Source: the human T2T-CHM13v2.0 reference genome, Homo sapiens
Reading direction: 5' to 3' (one strand)
NCBI RefSeq assembly: GCF_009914755.1
Contig: NC_060934.1
DNA: 64,000 nucleotides
This document shows positions 28,290-40,489 of this stretch, one piece after another (position 1 is the stretch's first letter; each line of letters starts with the position of its first letter). The notes beneath the pieces are model-generated. The model saw only the letters and a list, made by a program, of their open reading frames with translations. It was not told where the DNA came from and did no database searches. A program made the translations under genes and the position numbers.

Positions 28290-28438
28290 GACTGGCGGCA
28301 GCACCTAGACATTTCTTAGAAATGTACATTCTCAAGGCCCACCCCACACCGACTGAATCAGAACTTGGGGGCAGGAGCCTGGGTTTTAGCGAGCACTCCA
28401 GGTGGTCCTGGTGCAGGCCATGGTTTGAGTACCACTGG
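28290..28438 (+). mobile_element. MER5A-family fragment
   Basis: ttagaaatgtacattctcaaggcccaccccacaccgactgaatcagaa...gtttgagtaccactg. Confidence 0.7.
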
Positions 28439-28463
28439 CACCAAGGTTAAAGAGGATGGACTT

Positions 28464-28600
28464 GGCCGGGCGCCATGGCTCGTACCTGTAATCCCAGCAC
28501 TTTGGGAAGCCGAAATAGGAGGATTGCTGGAGCCCAGGAGTTTGGGACCAGCCTGGGCAACATAGTGAGACCCCTGTCTCTATAAAAAAAAAAAAAAAAA
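28464..28600 (+). mobile_element. FLAM-C / free left Alu monomer
   Basis: Single monomer plus A-tail; degenerate TSD aaagaggatggactt / aaagagtatgggctt. Confidence 0.85.
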
Positions 28601-30353
28601 AAGAGTATGGGCTTAAAGTCAAAGAGACCCAGATTCAAATGCTGACAACCCTGCTCTGTGACATTAGACAAGTAACTTAATCTCCCTGTGCCTGCAAACT
28701 GGGGCTAATGATAAGAATACCTACCAGAAAGAGTTGCGGGGAGGGTTCAGTTAGATAATTATTCCAAGTACTTGGCGCAGAACCTGAGAGCTAGTTAGCA
28801 CTGTAAATGGTAGCTGTTAACTCATTACCTGAATTACCTGCTAGCACTGAAGAGGTACTAAAGGGAAAGGTGGTTCTTTGTGGCCAGGGAAGCCGTTTAA
28901 TCCCAGCTGGGGTGAAGCTTCCCCTCTAGGGCAACCTGGCGGGACTGGGGGCCCGGGTAACAGAGGTAACCCTTGCAGGCTGAGGGCATCAGGGGTGTCT
29001 GGGATGGACATTTCCTCCCCACCTGGCCTGCCCTGTCTAGCAGGGGCTCCCTGTCTTCCCTGAGCTTATGATGCCAACCAAAGAGACGCGTGAACTAAGA
29101 ACTTTTCTCCGCCGCTTTCTCAGGGAAACCAGCTCTGAGAATGACGGTCTGGTGATGTGGCGATCCCCAGACCCTGGGCTCATGGGGGCTTCAGCTGCAT
29201 GCTGTGGCCTGGCAGCTTCCAGGAACATGTCTTTGCTCTCTTCCCCTCCACCCGTGTGTTTTCAATGGTGATTGGAGGCCTCAGGGGAGCCGTGCGCTCC
29301 TCTTCCTCCCTAAGGAGAGGCTCTGGGCCAGCCGGGCAGCGAGCACAGTGGACGGGCTCCACCTTCCCTGTGCTTCCACTGCTTGGTAAGGGCCTGCCCA
29401 GCCTCTGGGAACCCCAGGCTCTTGGTGAGGCACCACCCCACCCCCACTGCTGGCTGTCCCCAGGTCCCCCATGCTGGCCACATGCCTTAGTGTGATGCCA
29501 CACTTTCTTTCACACCTCTGGCCTCTAGCTATCTCTGTGAGGTGGGAACGGTGAAGGTGCACCTATTCTACAGAGAAACAAACCGAGGTCCCAGGAGCTA
29601 AGACTAGGGCCCAGAGTCACCCACTGAACTGGTGGCCCAAAAGTGTTCTGGTATTTCCTGTCACTAGGCCGTGCTTCTATCCTTTCTTTTTTCACCCCTA
29701 CCTCATACTTCCTTATCCCTCCTCAAGAAATCCCTAGAAGGGAACTGACAAACTTAGTGCCTGACATGTACCAGGCTCATTTCATGAGATCCTGCAGCTG
29801 TGAGGGGAACCAGGCTCAGAGGCAGGGGGTGGTTCCCCCAGCAAATGGGGGCAGGATGGGATTGAAGCAGGTCCCACGCACTCCAGAGCGCCTTCTCCTT
29901 GGCTAACCTCCTGCAGGTTTTGGGCTTTTTGCTCCCCTTCACCCTCCCCGCTTCCTGGTGCCCCTCCTGGAGGAGCCCTCTCACGGTGTCCTCAGCTGGA
30001 TGCCTGCCCTCTGGCCCTTGCACCCTTCCTCTGCTGCTCACTCAGAGGACATGGGGAGCGGGCCGAGCCCTGAGCCAAGGCGGCCCAGCGATTACATCAG
30101 CAGGTGCAAACAAGCAGGCGGGAGCAGGGACGGGCGTCCCTCGGGGCTGGAGACGGCACTCCATCCGCCCCACACGAGTCTGTTTCATTCCCTCCTTCTA
30201 GCTTGCATCAGCCTTTTGCAGCTCTGTGTCATCACAGAGTGGGCCAAGGCAGCAGCTGGGAGGCTGGGGCAGGGCTGGAGGTGAGGTGTGGGGCTCGCCG
30301 GGACCCTGGCAGCCTGGAAGGTCCACTCACTGTTTTTTCCTGAGAATGGAGTA

Positions 30354-30716
30354 CAATATTCCCCCCTTACTCGAGGTCTCCCTGTCCACAGTTTCAGTTA
30401 CCCATGGCCAACTGTGACACCAAAATATTAAACAGAACATTCCAGAAATCAGCAGTTCACACATTTTAAATTGTGTGTGATTCTGAGTAGCATGATGGAA
30501 TCTCCCACTGTCTCACTCCATCCTGCCCAGGATGTGAACCATCCCTTTGTCCAGGGTGTCCACACTGTATACACCATCCGTCACTTAGTCACTCAGTGGC
30601 TGTCTCCATTATCAGATCGAAAAAAAAATCATCTGTCTAGAGCTTGGTACTATTCAAGTTTTCAGGCATCCACGGGGGGTCTTGGAACGTATCCCCCACA
30701 GATACGGGGACTCCTG
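30354..30716 (+). mobile_element. MER44A (Tigger-derived MITE) with TA target duplication
   Basis: ta|caatattccccccttac...atcccccacagatacggggactcctg|ta; terminal inverted repeats and an internal match to the MER44 consensus. Confidence 0.85.
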
Positions 30717-32053
30717 TAATAGAAATTAGCTAGTGCATAGGGCTGCCCAGCTGGCAAAATATTTTTGTACTTCTGACTTTGGTGTTTCCAACAGCCCTGT
30801 CAGTCAAAGCAAGTAAAAGTGGTCCCATTTCTCAGAAAGGAAAATTGAGGCCCAGAGGGAAGTGGCTGCCCAGGGGTTGTCTTGTGAGTCACTGACAGCA
30901 CCAACGCATTTCACCTCAAGAAGCGCATGGGATTATAAGAGCCTGGAGATTGAAAAATCCCTATAGTCATCAAGTTGGAAGTAGTTAAAGCCTGCTTCCT
31001 AGAGAAAGTGAGCTGATTCCTTGGCCGAGGAGGAGACAGCTACTGAAAGAGCTATGGAGTGATTTCTGCACTGATGGTGGGTGGGCAGGCAAAGGGACCA
31101 TTACATGGCTATGGGGGTAGGCTGGAGGCAGACTGGGCACTGGTCTAAGAAGTCTCGATGTCTGGATTCTTAACCTTGAAAATTTGCTGTGAGCTTCCCA
31201 CTTGTGGAACTGAAGCTTGGTTATTGCTCTCTGAGCCTCACCACAGGCATGGTCAAGAGGAGGCCCCCAGGAAGTGTTTGATGAATGAGTGAATGAATGA
31301 ATGAATGAATGGGAGTGAGTGCTTGCTCACCATCTGCCTCCCTTGAAGTGCATCTGTGCAGCCACACAGGCCTTCCCTTTGGCCAGTGCCACCTGTCTCC
31401 CCATATCTCACCAGCTGACAACTCAGCTGCTCACCCAAACCCAGGGCCGGGGTCTTTCCCAGCACTGGGACCAGAGAGGCAAACACAGGAACCATGGCCT
31501 GCATGCCAGGATGCCCACATTCCAGTCCTGGCTTGGCCTCCTAACTGCTGTGTGATCTGAGGCAAGTTACTACTCCTCTGAGGTCCCCAGGATGTTCCTG
31601 GGACTCTGAGTCTACAAGGCCTGGCCTCCCCGGGGCCCATGGAACCTGAGCCCCAGTCCTGCCTTGGGAATGGAGGCCAGAGATGGCTGCCTTCCTCCCT
31701 CACCCCTGGGGACTGAGCAGGAATCCAAGTGGCTTCCACATTCAGAAAAATCCAAGGGGAAACCCCTACCCAGTTCCAAGGACCCCTTCTATTCACCCCT
31801 TACTGCCAGGCGCTCTCAGGGGCTCTTTCTCCCTCTCCTCGTGGCACCATCTCTACCTCTGTTTATCTCGCCCATTTGCCCTCTCCTTCTCATGCCCATT
31901 TCACAGATTGGCAAAGGCCAGAGTCTGGCCACTCCTTTTTCTCTGTCCTTTCTGTGACTTCTTTTATGCCAGTGTGATGCCAAGATAGGAGTGACGCTGT
32001 AGCCACAGACTGTTTGTTTGCCCTTGCACAAGTCATTGCCCCTGTCTGGCCTC

Positions 32054-32120
32054 AGGGTCCCCAGCTGGAGATGAAGGGTCCCCAGCTGGAGGTGAAGGGT
32101 CCCCGACTGGAGGTGAAGGG
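32054..32120 (+). repeat. 21-bp tandem repeat x3
   Basis: AGGGTCCCC(AG/GA)CTGGAG(A/G)TGA x3. Confidence 0.9.
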
Positions 32121-33681
32121 CTTGGATGCAGTTTTGAAGGCCCCATAGCCCAGGATCTGAGCTGCCTCCTGGTGGTGGTGCTGACAGCAGGCAACAGGCA
32201 AGGACTGCAGCAGTTTTTCCACTTGGAAATGTGTTTGGCAGTTGCCTCCCCTTTGCGAGGAAGGGTTGTTCGGTTCTAGAGCGTGGCGCTGAGGGAGACG
32301 GGGGAAATTTGTGTGCCCTTGGTGCTCTAAGAACAGCCTTAACCCTGGGCTTTCAGGGCGGCATGGGGATGTAAGCACTGTCCTGTCTGGCCTCGTCCGG
32401 GCAGCCCCTAGACCCAAGACTGTACCAAGGCATTTTGGACTTTTCTGGGAGAAAGTGACAGGACACTGGGCATCTTCCTGCCCAGAACCCAAACACACAG
32501 CCAACTTGACAGCATTGCCAGCCTCACTCCCCGTGCCAGCTCTGCGTCCTTCAGCTCCTCCAGCAACCTGAAACGCGTGGCAGGAGCAGGCAGCCCAGCT
32601 GGCCCTCACCCGTCTGACACGTGTGACCGTGCGGGGGCTGGTGGGGGGAGACAGAGAGAGATGCCCAGCGTGTTCTGCTTATGATTCAAAAGTCCTCAGT
32701 CAATAGCCTTTAAGGGAAAGCATGGGATATGCAACTTACATGGTGAGACCAGATTTAGGTAACTAAATATTCATGCATCTAAAAAAGTCAGAGAGGATCA
32801 ACATCCAGTGTAACTCAGCTGGGGTGGGAATGGGGCGGCTTTTATTTTCATCTTTTTTTTTTCTAGATTGTTTACAGTGAGGCTACTACCTTTGTAATCA
32901 GAATAAACCCAAACATCTGTTTTCAATTAAAAAAAAAGTTTAGAAAAATGAAGTCCCCCCCCCCCCACAACTTCTCCTTTCCTGGGAGTCTGGTGCACAG
33001 TTTCTCTTTCTGGCTCTGCTGCTCAGGTGCTGTGTGATCTGGAGCCAGACCACACCCTCTCTGGTCTCCATCCTTGAGGGCAGTGATTAGATGGTCTGTG
33101 AAGTTCCATCAGTTAGTGGAGTCCTGCAGCATGGAATTTCCCAAGGGATGGGCTCCTGTAGCCCAGGTCAGCCCTCCTACCCGCTCCTGCTGCCCAAACC
33201 CCCTCTGACTGCTCCCTCCCCCTCCACCTGCCACCCCAGTGCTTGTCCTGTGTCCCCAGTGGGCCCATCTACACCGCAAACAAGATTCCCAGGCCCTCAA
33301 GGAACTTGCCTTCCAGAAAGGCAAGTTCCTTTCTGTCCAGAAACAGACAGCAAGCTTACAAACACATACACAAAGCAGGTCATTCCAGAGGGAGGTGAGC
33401 CTGCCAAGAGAAAAAAAAAGGCATTGGGGAGATAGCACAGGGAGGAAAGAGAATGGTGCATTTTCACTGGGTGGTCAGGGAAGGCCTCACTGGAGAGGTG
33501 GCATTTGAGTTGGGATCTCAATGACAAAGAGTCAGCCAAGAGAATATGTGTGTGTGGGAGGGGTTGGGGGAGGCGCTCCAAAACAAGAGACCAGCAGAGG
33601 CGCTGAGGCTAGAACAAGCAAGGCATGTCCCAGGAAAACACGCCTGGTGGGGCTTGGAGCACAGTGAAAGATAGGTGAGTT

Positions 33682-34002
33682 GGCCGGGTGCAGTGGCTCA
33701 CGCCTGTAATCCCAGCACTTTGGGAAGCCAAGGCAGGTGGATCACCTGAGGTCAGGAGTTCGAGACCAGCCTGGGCAACATGGTGAAACCCCGTGTCTAC
33801 TAAAGACACAAAAATTAGCTGGGCGTGGTGGTATGTGCCTGTAATCTCAGATACTTGGGAGGCTGATGCAGGGGAACCCAGGAGGCGGAGGTTGCAGTGA
33901 GCTGAGATCATGCCGCTGCACTCCAGCCTGGGTGACAGAATGAGACTCTGCGGAAGGGAGGGAGGGAGGGAGGGAGGGTGGGAGGCAGGGAGGGAGGGAG
34001 GG
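33682..34002 (+). mobile_element. AluS with a (GGGA)n tail in place of poly-A
   Basis: Alu body 33682-~33950, then GGGA repeats; degenerate TSD gaaagataggtgagt / gaagactggtgagt. Confidence 0.9.
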
Positions 34003-36483
34003 AAGACTGGTGAGTCCATGAAGTTAGAGGGTTCTGGGTAGCTTAGGACTTTCTCCAGGGTCACAGAGAAGCCGCAGGAGGCTGTACACCACTAGAGGGC
34101 AGGGTTTCTCTCTTATGAGATCACTCTGGTGTTAAGAGGAAAGTGGATTTTAGGGGCAAAAGGAAAGGTAGGGAGCCCAGAGAGAGGAAGGGTCCAGGCG
34201 GGAAGACCTGGGCTTGGAGACTGCAGCGGGTGGTGGGGGTGGTCGTGCAGTGTGAGGCACATCTTCCAGGTTCATCTAGCAGCACCAGGTCCCTCCAGCA
34301 GCACGGACTGGAAGTGGGGTGAAGGAAAGGGAGCCACCAGGCATCCTCCCAGATGGGACCTGAACAACTGGGTGCTTGGCGGAGTCTAAGATTGCAGCTC
34401 AAACTCACCCCATGCCAACCCTGGGTCAGGGAGAGGTGACCTATAAAATAGCAGGTCTGAGTCACAGGTGGGGAGCCTGCCATTGCCTTAGGGGGACAGC
34501 AGCATTAACAAAGGCCCACCCTGAGAAAGGCACTGTGGTCCCAGCCTGGGTGGGGCTCTCAGGGTGTCCCCAGAGATAGCTGTGGATGTAACCTGGCTGG
34601 GCATGTGTGTGTCTGAGGGGGCTCGCCACCTGTCACTGAGTGGGGGGCCAGGCTGGCCCCAGGCCTTACTCCTGGATCTCGGTTTGGGAGGGGCAGGTCC
34701 ACAGAGCAAGGGAAGCCAAGTGCTGGAGTCAGGAAGCTGAGACCCCGTCCCCTCCAGCAAGCTAGGGAGCTCCTGAGAGGACAGAACAATAGCTGTCCCT
34801 GCTGGGTTTTGGTGGCTGTGACCTCGAACACGCCCTTTCACTCTTCTGCCTCGTTTTCGCATCTGTAAAATGGAACAGCTTCGCAGGGTCATTGTGTTGA
34901 CAATAATGTGCACTGTCTTGTTGGAACACACAGGATTTTCAGTGCCAGGTGGTGGGAATATGCTTATTATCTGCAGGAGCATGGATGAAAGGGCTTTGAG
35001 CTCCTTGTCTGGGAGAAGAAGGGGAAACAGAATATCCCCTCCTCAGGGCCCAGGCCTCCATCACAGTGACCCCATCGGACCTGAAACTTGGAAAAGGAAC
35101 CAAAAATTAGCCCCAAGACTGAGCCAAAGGAACCCAAAGCCAGAGGAAGGGTCTGGAGGGAGGGCCTTGGGGGTGGAAGTCAGGGTGGCCAGTGACCCAG
35201 TGACTCTAGTGCCCTTTCCAGCTCTGTAAGCAGTGTGGCCCCCATAGCCAGGCCCGGGCTCATCCCAGCACTGCACCTGCCCTGGGGCCTCGACCCCAGC
35301 CTCCCATCCACTTCTTCACCTGCCTCACAGTCCTTCGAGGGAGACGTTTCACAGGAGCAGATGGACACCCCCTTCAGGATGCAGGCCCCTGCCCCAGCTG
35401 GCCACCTTGGCGAAGCCGCTTCCTGTGACAGCAGAGGAAGTGATGTCAGGGCACAGATGGGTGCAGAGGGTGTGGGAAAAGGGCTGCGTGAGGAGCCACC
35501 TTTGTTAGGAATGACTTGGCGTCCCCCGAGCCCGCCAGCCCCCATTTGTCATCGGTAACGGCCATTGTGACCGCCTCCAAGGGGGCCCCTGCCTGAACCC
35601 CACAGCCGCAAGGAGCCAGGGCCAGATGGAGGAAGGGCTTTGTGTCCAGGGAGGGGTCCTTCCATGTGAGGTTGTGTGTTTTTAAAACATAATAATAAAT
35701 TGGCTCCTCTCCCCCAACTCTCCCCACTCCCCACTGAGCACATCAGCCACGCAGTGAATGGGAGAGATTTTCCATGCAGTGGGAGGTCAAGTCTGGGGAG
35801 AATTAGCCGGTGTCCAGGGGCTAGAGAAAGACTGTGATTGCTGATGATAAATGTGCCCAGCGTGGGGCGTTTCTCTGTCCTCACCTCCCGCCTGACTCCT
35901 CCCCTCCCTGTCCTGAGCCAGTCAGCCCTGGAGACACACAGCCCTGCATGGCTACAGATGCCCACCCCTGGTGGAAGCCTGGGGGTCCCAGGCCTGTGGA
36001 CAAAAGCCAGCGGTGGGGGTTTCAAGGCCTTCCCTACCAGACCACAGCAGCCTCCCTCTGAGGTCTCCGCCCTGGGCAACAGGGCTGACCGGAAGTGGAC
36101 CCGGCTGAGATGGATAGCAGGAATTTCCATCCCAGGCATGGGAATCACAGAGCCCAAGCCTTCACCCACAACCCTGCCGTGGCTGTGCTGTCTTTCTGGG
36201 CCCCCTGTCCCTCCTCAGTCCTGAATCAGCAACTGGGCTCTGGTCCAGCTTGGCTGTTAATTTGCTGTGTGGTGTTGCATTAGTCACTTCCCCTCTCTGA
36301 TCCGGTAGAACGCGGGGCTCCAAGGGCTCCAGGCTCTCTGAACGTTGACTTTCTGTGTCTGGTCTACGTGGGCTCAGATGGTGCCAGGCCAAGGAAACAG
36401 TCTGTGGGGCTTCTGACCTCCCACACACAGTTCAGCTAGAGAACAGCTCCTGCCTGCTGCCACTCCCAGGCACATGCACTGCC

Positions 36484-36798
36484 TGTTTGTTTGTTTGTTT
36501 GTTTGTTTGTTTGTTTTGAGATGGAGTCTTGCTCCATTGCCCAGGCTGGAATGCAATAGTGAGATCTCACTCACTGCAACTTCCACCTCCCAGGTTTAAG
36601 CAATTCTTGTGCCTCAGCCCCCCGAGTAGCTGGGATTACAGGCATCCGCCACCACACCCAGCTAATTTTTGTATTTTTAGTAGAGACAGGCTTTCGCCAT
36701 GTTATCCAGGCTTGTCTCGAACTCCTGACCTCAGGTGATCCGCCCGCCTTGGACTTCCAAAGTGCTGGGATTATAGGCATGAGCCGCCGCGCCCGGCC
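36484..36798 (-). mobile_element. AluS with (TTTG)n tail
   Basis: tgtttgtttg...gagatggagtcttgc...gagccgccgcgcccggcc. Confidence 0.95.
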
Positions 36799-37690
36799 CA
36801 CAGTGCTTGTTAAGAAAGATATTTGCATCTGTTTTCTCAGTTGACCTTTCACAGCAATACCCCAAAGTTGACAGAGCAGGAACTGCTAGTCACTTCTTTA
36901 TAGATGGGGAAACTGAGGCTCTGAGAGGTCAAACAACCTCCCAAGGTCTCACAGTGCTGGGTGAGGCTTGGAACCAGGACTGTTGGCTCTTGGGTCAGCC
37001 TGGGCCCAGGCTCAGAGTCATGGTAAGGGCCACAGCACTCCTCTGGCTTCCCCTAGGGATAGTGACAATCTCCCTCTCAGGAATGTTGGAGCCACCCCCT
37101 CCTCTGAGAAGACCCTCTGAGAGGTACAGTGTCTTTACATTTGTCCTGAAGTCATTCCTTCGCCTCCTGGGCCCTCACTCCTGCTCATCCAGGTGGGTCA
37201 GATTCTGACACCTCTTATACAAGCTTGTGTCTCCACAGCAGGCACTGCACAGGCCCAGCCCCTGGGAAGAAGCCTACAGACGGGCACAGGGCCTGCTGTC
37301 CGACAAGCTCCACTCCACTCCTAGACGGGCGCCCTGTTGCCCATGGGGGACACCAGGAAGAACATAGTGTGTTCCCTGCCCTCCAGGAGCAGCCACCAAA
37401 ACTGCAAAGGAGGCTTTGAGCTGTCTGACTCAAAACAGACTTGCCAGAAGCAGGAAGGTGCCCTCTAGACCCTAGCCTGGTCACCTCACCCTCCTGCATT
37501 TTAAATGGGTGGGTGACATGAGGAACTTGTCCATAAGGAAGCCAGCATGGAGGTGAGAGGTGCAAAACTGTGTCTTCTAGAGAATATTTGGATAAGACAG
37601 ACTGGGGGACCAGGCTGCAACCTCCAGACTGGGAAGTGCACTGTTTAGTTAGAAGTGTGCTGTTTAGTTAGTTTAGAAGTTAGAATTCTA

Positions 37691-38006
<316 letters not shown>

Positions 38007-38196
38007 CTAGCAATGGCTGAATCTCAAATTGCAGCTGTGAGTAAGGAAGGCTTTTCTAACTATTAGGTCTGTCCGAAGAAGAACCTGGCTGAGAAAAGCA
38101 GTGATGAATTCCCCATCCCCACAGGTATGTGAGTCAAGGTTGGCTGAGGAGTTGATGGGAGACGTTGGATGAGATGGCCCTTTAAGTAACTTCTAT

Positions 38197-38253
38197 AGAG
38201 ACTTCATAAAGAGGTCTCATGTAGAGACCTCATAAAGAGACCTCATAAAGAGG
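38197..38253 (+). repeat. 13-bp tandem repeat x4
   Basis: AGAGAC(C/T)TCATAA units. Confidence 0.8.
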
Positions 38254-39321
38254 CAGGTAAAGGCAAATTAGAGGTGAGAGTTTGGATGGCACCCCTCGGA
38301 GGTCCCATCCAGAGGTGCTGGTGGTCATTTTGATCTAAGGCCTGGGATGGGTGGGCTGGAGCATGGTTAGGCGAGCCCAACAGTGTTTCCTCCTCCTCCT
38401 TCCCTGGGTTCTACCTACGCTCTGCTTTAGGACCACCGTATAGCAATGGCAAGGAAAGTGACCCTAATTTAAGCAAATTTGCTTTCTGAAGAAAAAAATT
38501 TACTCAACAGGACATTTTCACACATGAACAGATTCCCCATAAGGGATCTTTAAACCTCAAAGTGTTAGAAGCAGAGGAGGGCTTGAGAGACTGACTTGGC
38601 CAACCTCCTCATTTTACAGACAGAAACTCCAGGGCCTGGGAGAGAATGGCCACACAGCAATGCCAGTCCCCAGCTGGGATGCAAACCCAGGGCCTCTGCC
38701 TCCAGCGATCTTTCGTGTCCTTCATTTGACTGTCTTGTCATTACATCTGTGCAGGGATGTGTCTTCTTTCATAGCTTCTTGGCGGGATATCTGGACCATT
38801 CTTGGATGCAGCTTTAAAGGCAGGCTGCACTTTTGCAATTTAGGCCCAAACGAGTTCTACTCTTGGGAAAAAACACTTCATGTGGGAATTTTCCTGCCAG
38901 CAGGAAACCCAGATCCGGCCTGGCTGAGGCAAGAACTTCTAGGGGAGCCTGTCTTAGATGTGGTTCCTCTGTAGAGACGGAGCAGCAGGAAGTCCTGCAG
39001 AGAGGCCAGGGAGGCAGGGCTGAGAGACATGGCTCAAGCCTTGCTTCCTGCCATCGACCAGGTGACCCTTCATGTCCCTTGTTGCCCCACGTTTTCATTT
39101 GTAAAATGGGAAGAATTGCAAGGAGTAGCACATAGTAGACCTAAATGCCCATTTCCAGTTCAGCAGAGCTCGGAAGACAGATTCTAGTATCAGATCACCT
39201 GAATTTGCCCCCTAGCGGTGCCACTTACTAGCTTTATAGCTCTATGCCAGTCACTTAAACGCTTTTGGTCTCAGTTTCCTCATCTGCACTGTGGGGATAA
39301 TAATCATATCCAACTCATAGG

Positions 39322-39835
39322 CTTGTGGTTCCCAAACTACCTGCCAAGTTATCCCAGGGTTCATCAGCACACTCACAGGGAAGCTGTGGGATATTTTTAA
39401 TGTGGGAGACACGGTAATACTAGATAGCTGTCAGACACTGCACCAACAAGTAGCTCCAGGTAGCTCAGTTTCAGCATCATATCACTCTGTTTTCCTTTAT
39501 TTGGCACCATATCTTTGCAAAGCTGGGATTGTGGCACTTGAGTAACCCATGACAAACAGTAAGAATAGTGGTGTCCGCTTGGATTCCAAAGTTTGAGAAG
39601 TTGTGCAGTGCCCGACAGGTGCACACATCCCCGTTCGTAAGTCTTTGTGGCTATTAGGAATGGGATAAAAATATATTTTTTCTTTCAATTTATCCTAAGA
39701 TTTTAGGATATAAATATTTACAAAGCTGTTTGGATCTAATTACCTAATACATTCCTGTTAGGGACTTCTTTTTGGCCTTGGGATAGCTTAAAAAAATTAC
39801 TGAGGCACTAAAAATCAAAACGTTTGTGCATCTCT
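39322..39835 (+). mobile_element. hAT-Charlie DNA transposon remnant
   Basis: gtggttcccaaact start; aaagtttgagaagttgtgcagtgcccgacaggtgcacacatcc; aaaaaattactgaggcacta end. Confidence 0.5.
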
Positions 39836-39984
39836 GTCTAGGGTTATTATGGAGCTCATTGAGTTCATATGAACCACTCTCTGAGCGGCGCCTGGCAGGG
39901 TAAGCATCCAGGAACCCCGAGACCCCATTATTCTCCCACCCAGCTGGTATCCGTGCAGCCTGGCCATAGGTCGCTCTCATCTAG

Positions 39985-40489
<505 letters not shown>

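Noticed and set aside
33611-33630. Possible p53 site GAACAAGCAAGGCATGTCC
   Set aside because: Only one good half-site; the other is mismatched and overlaps it by one base.
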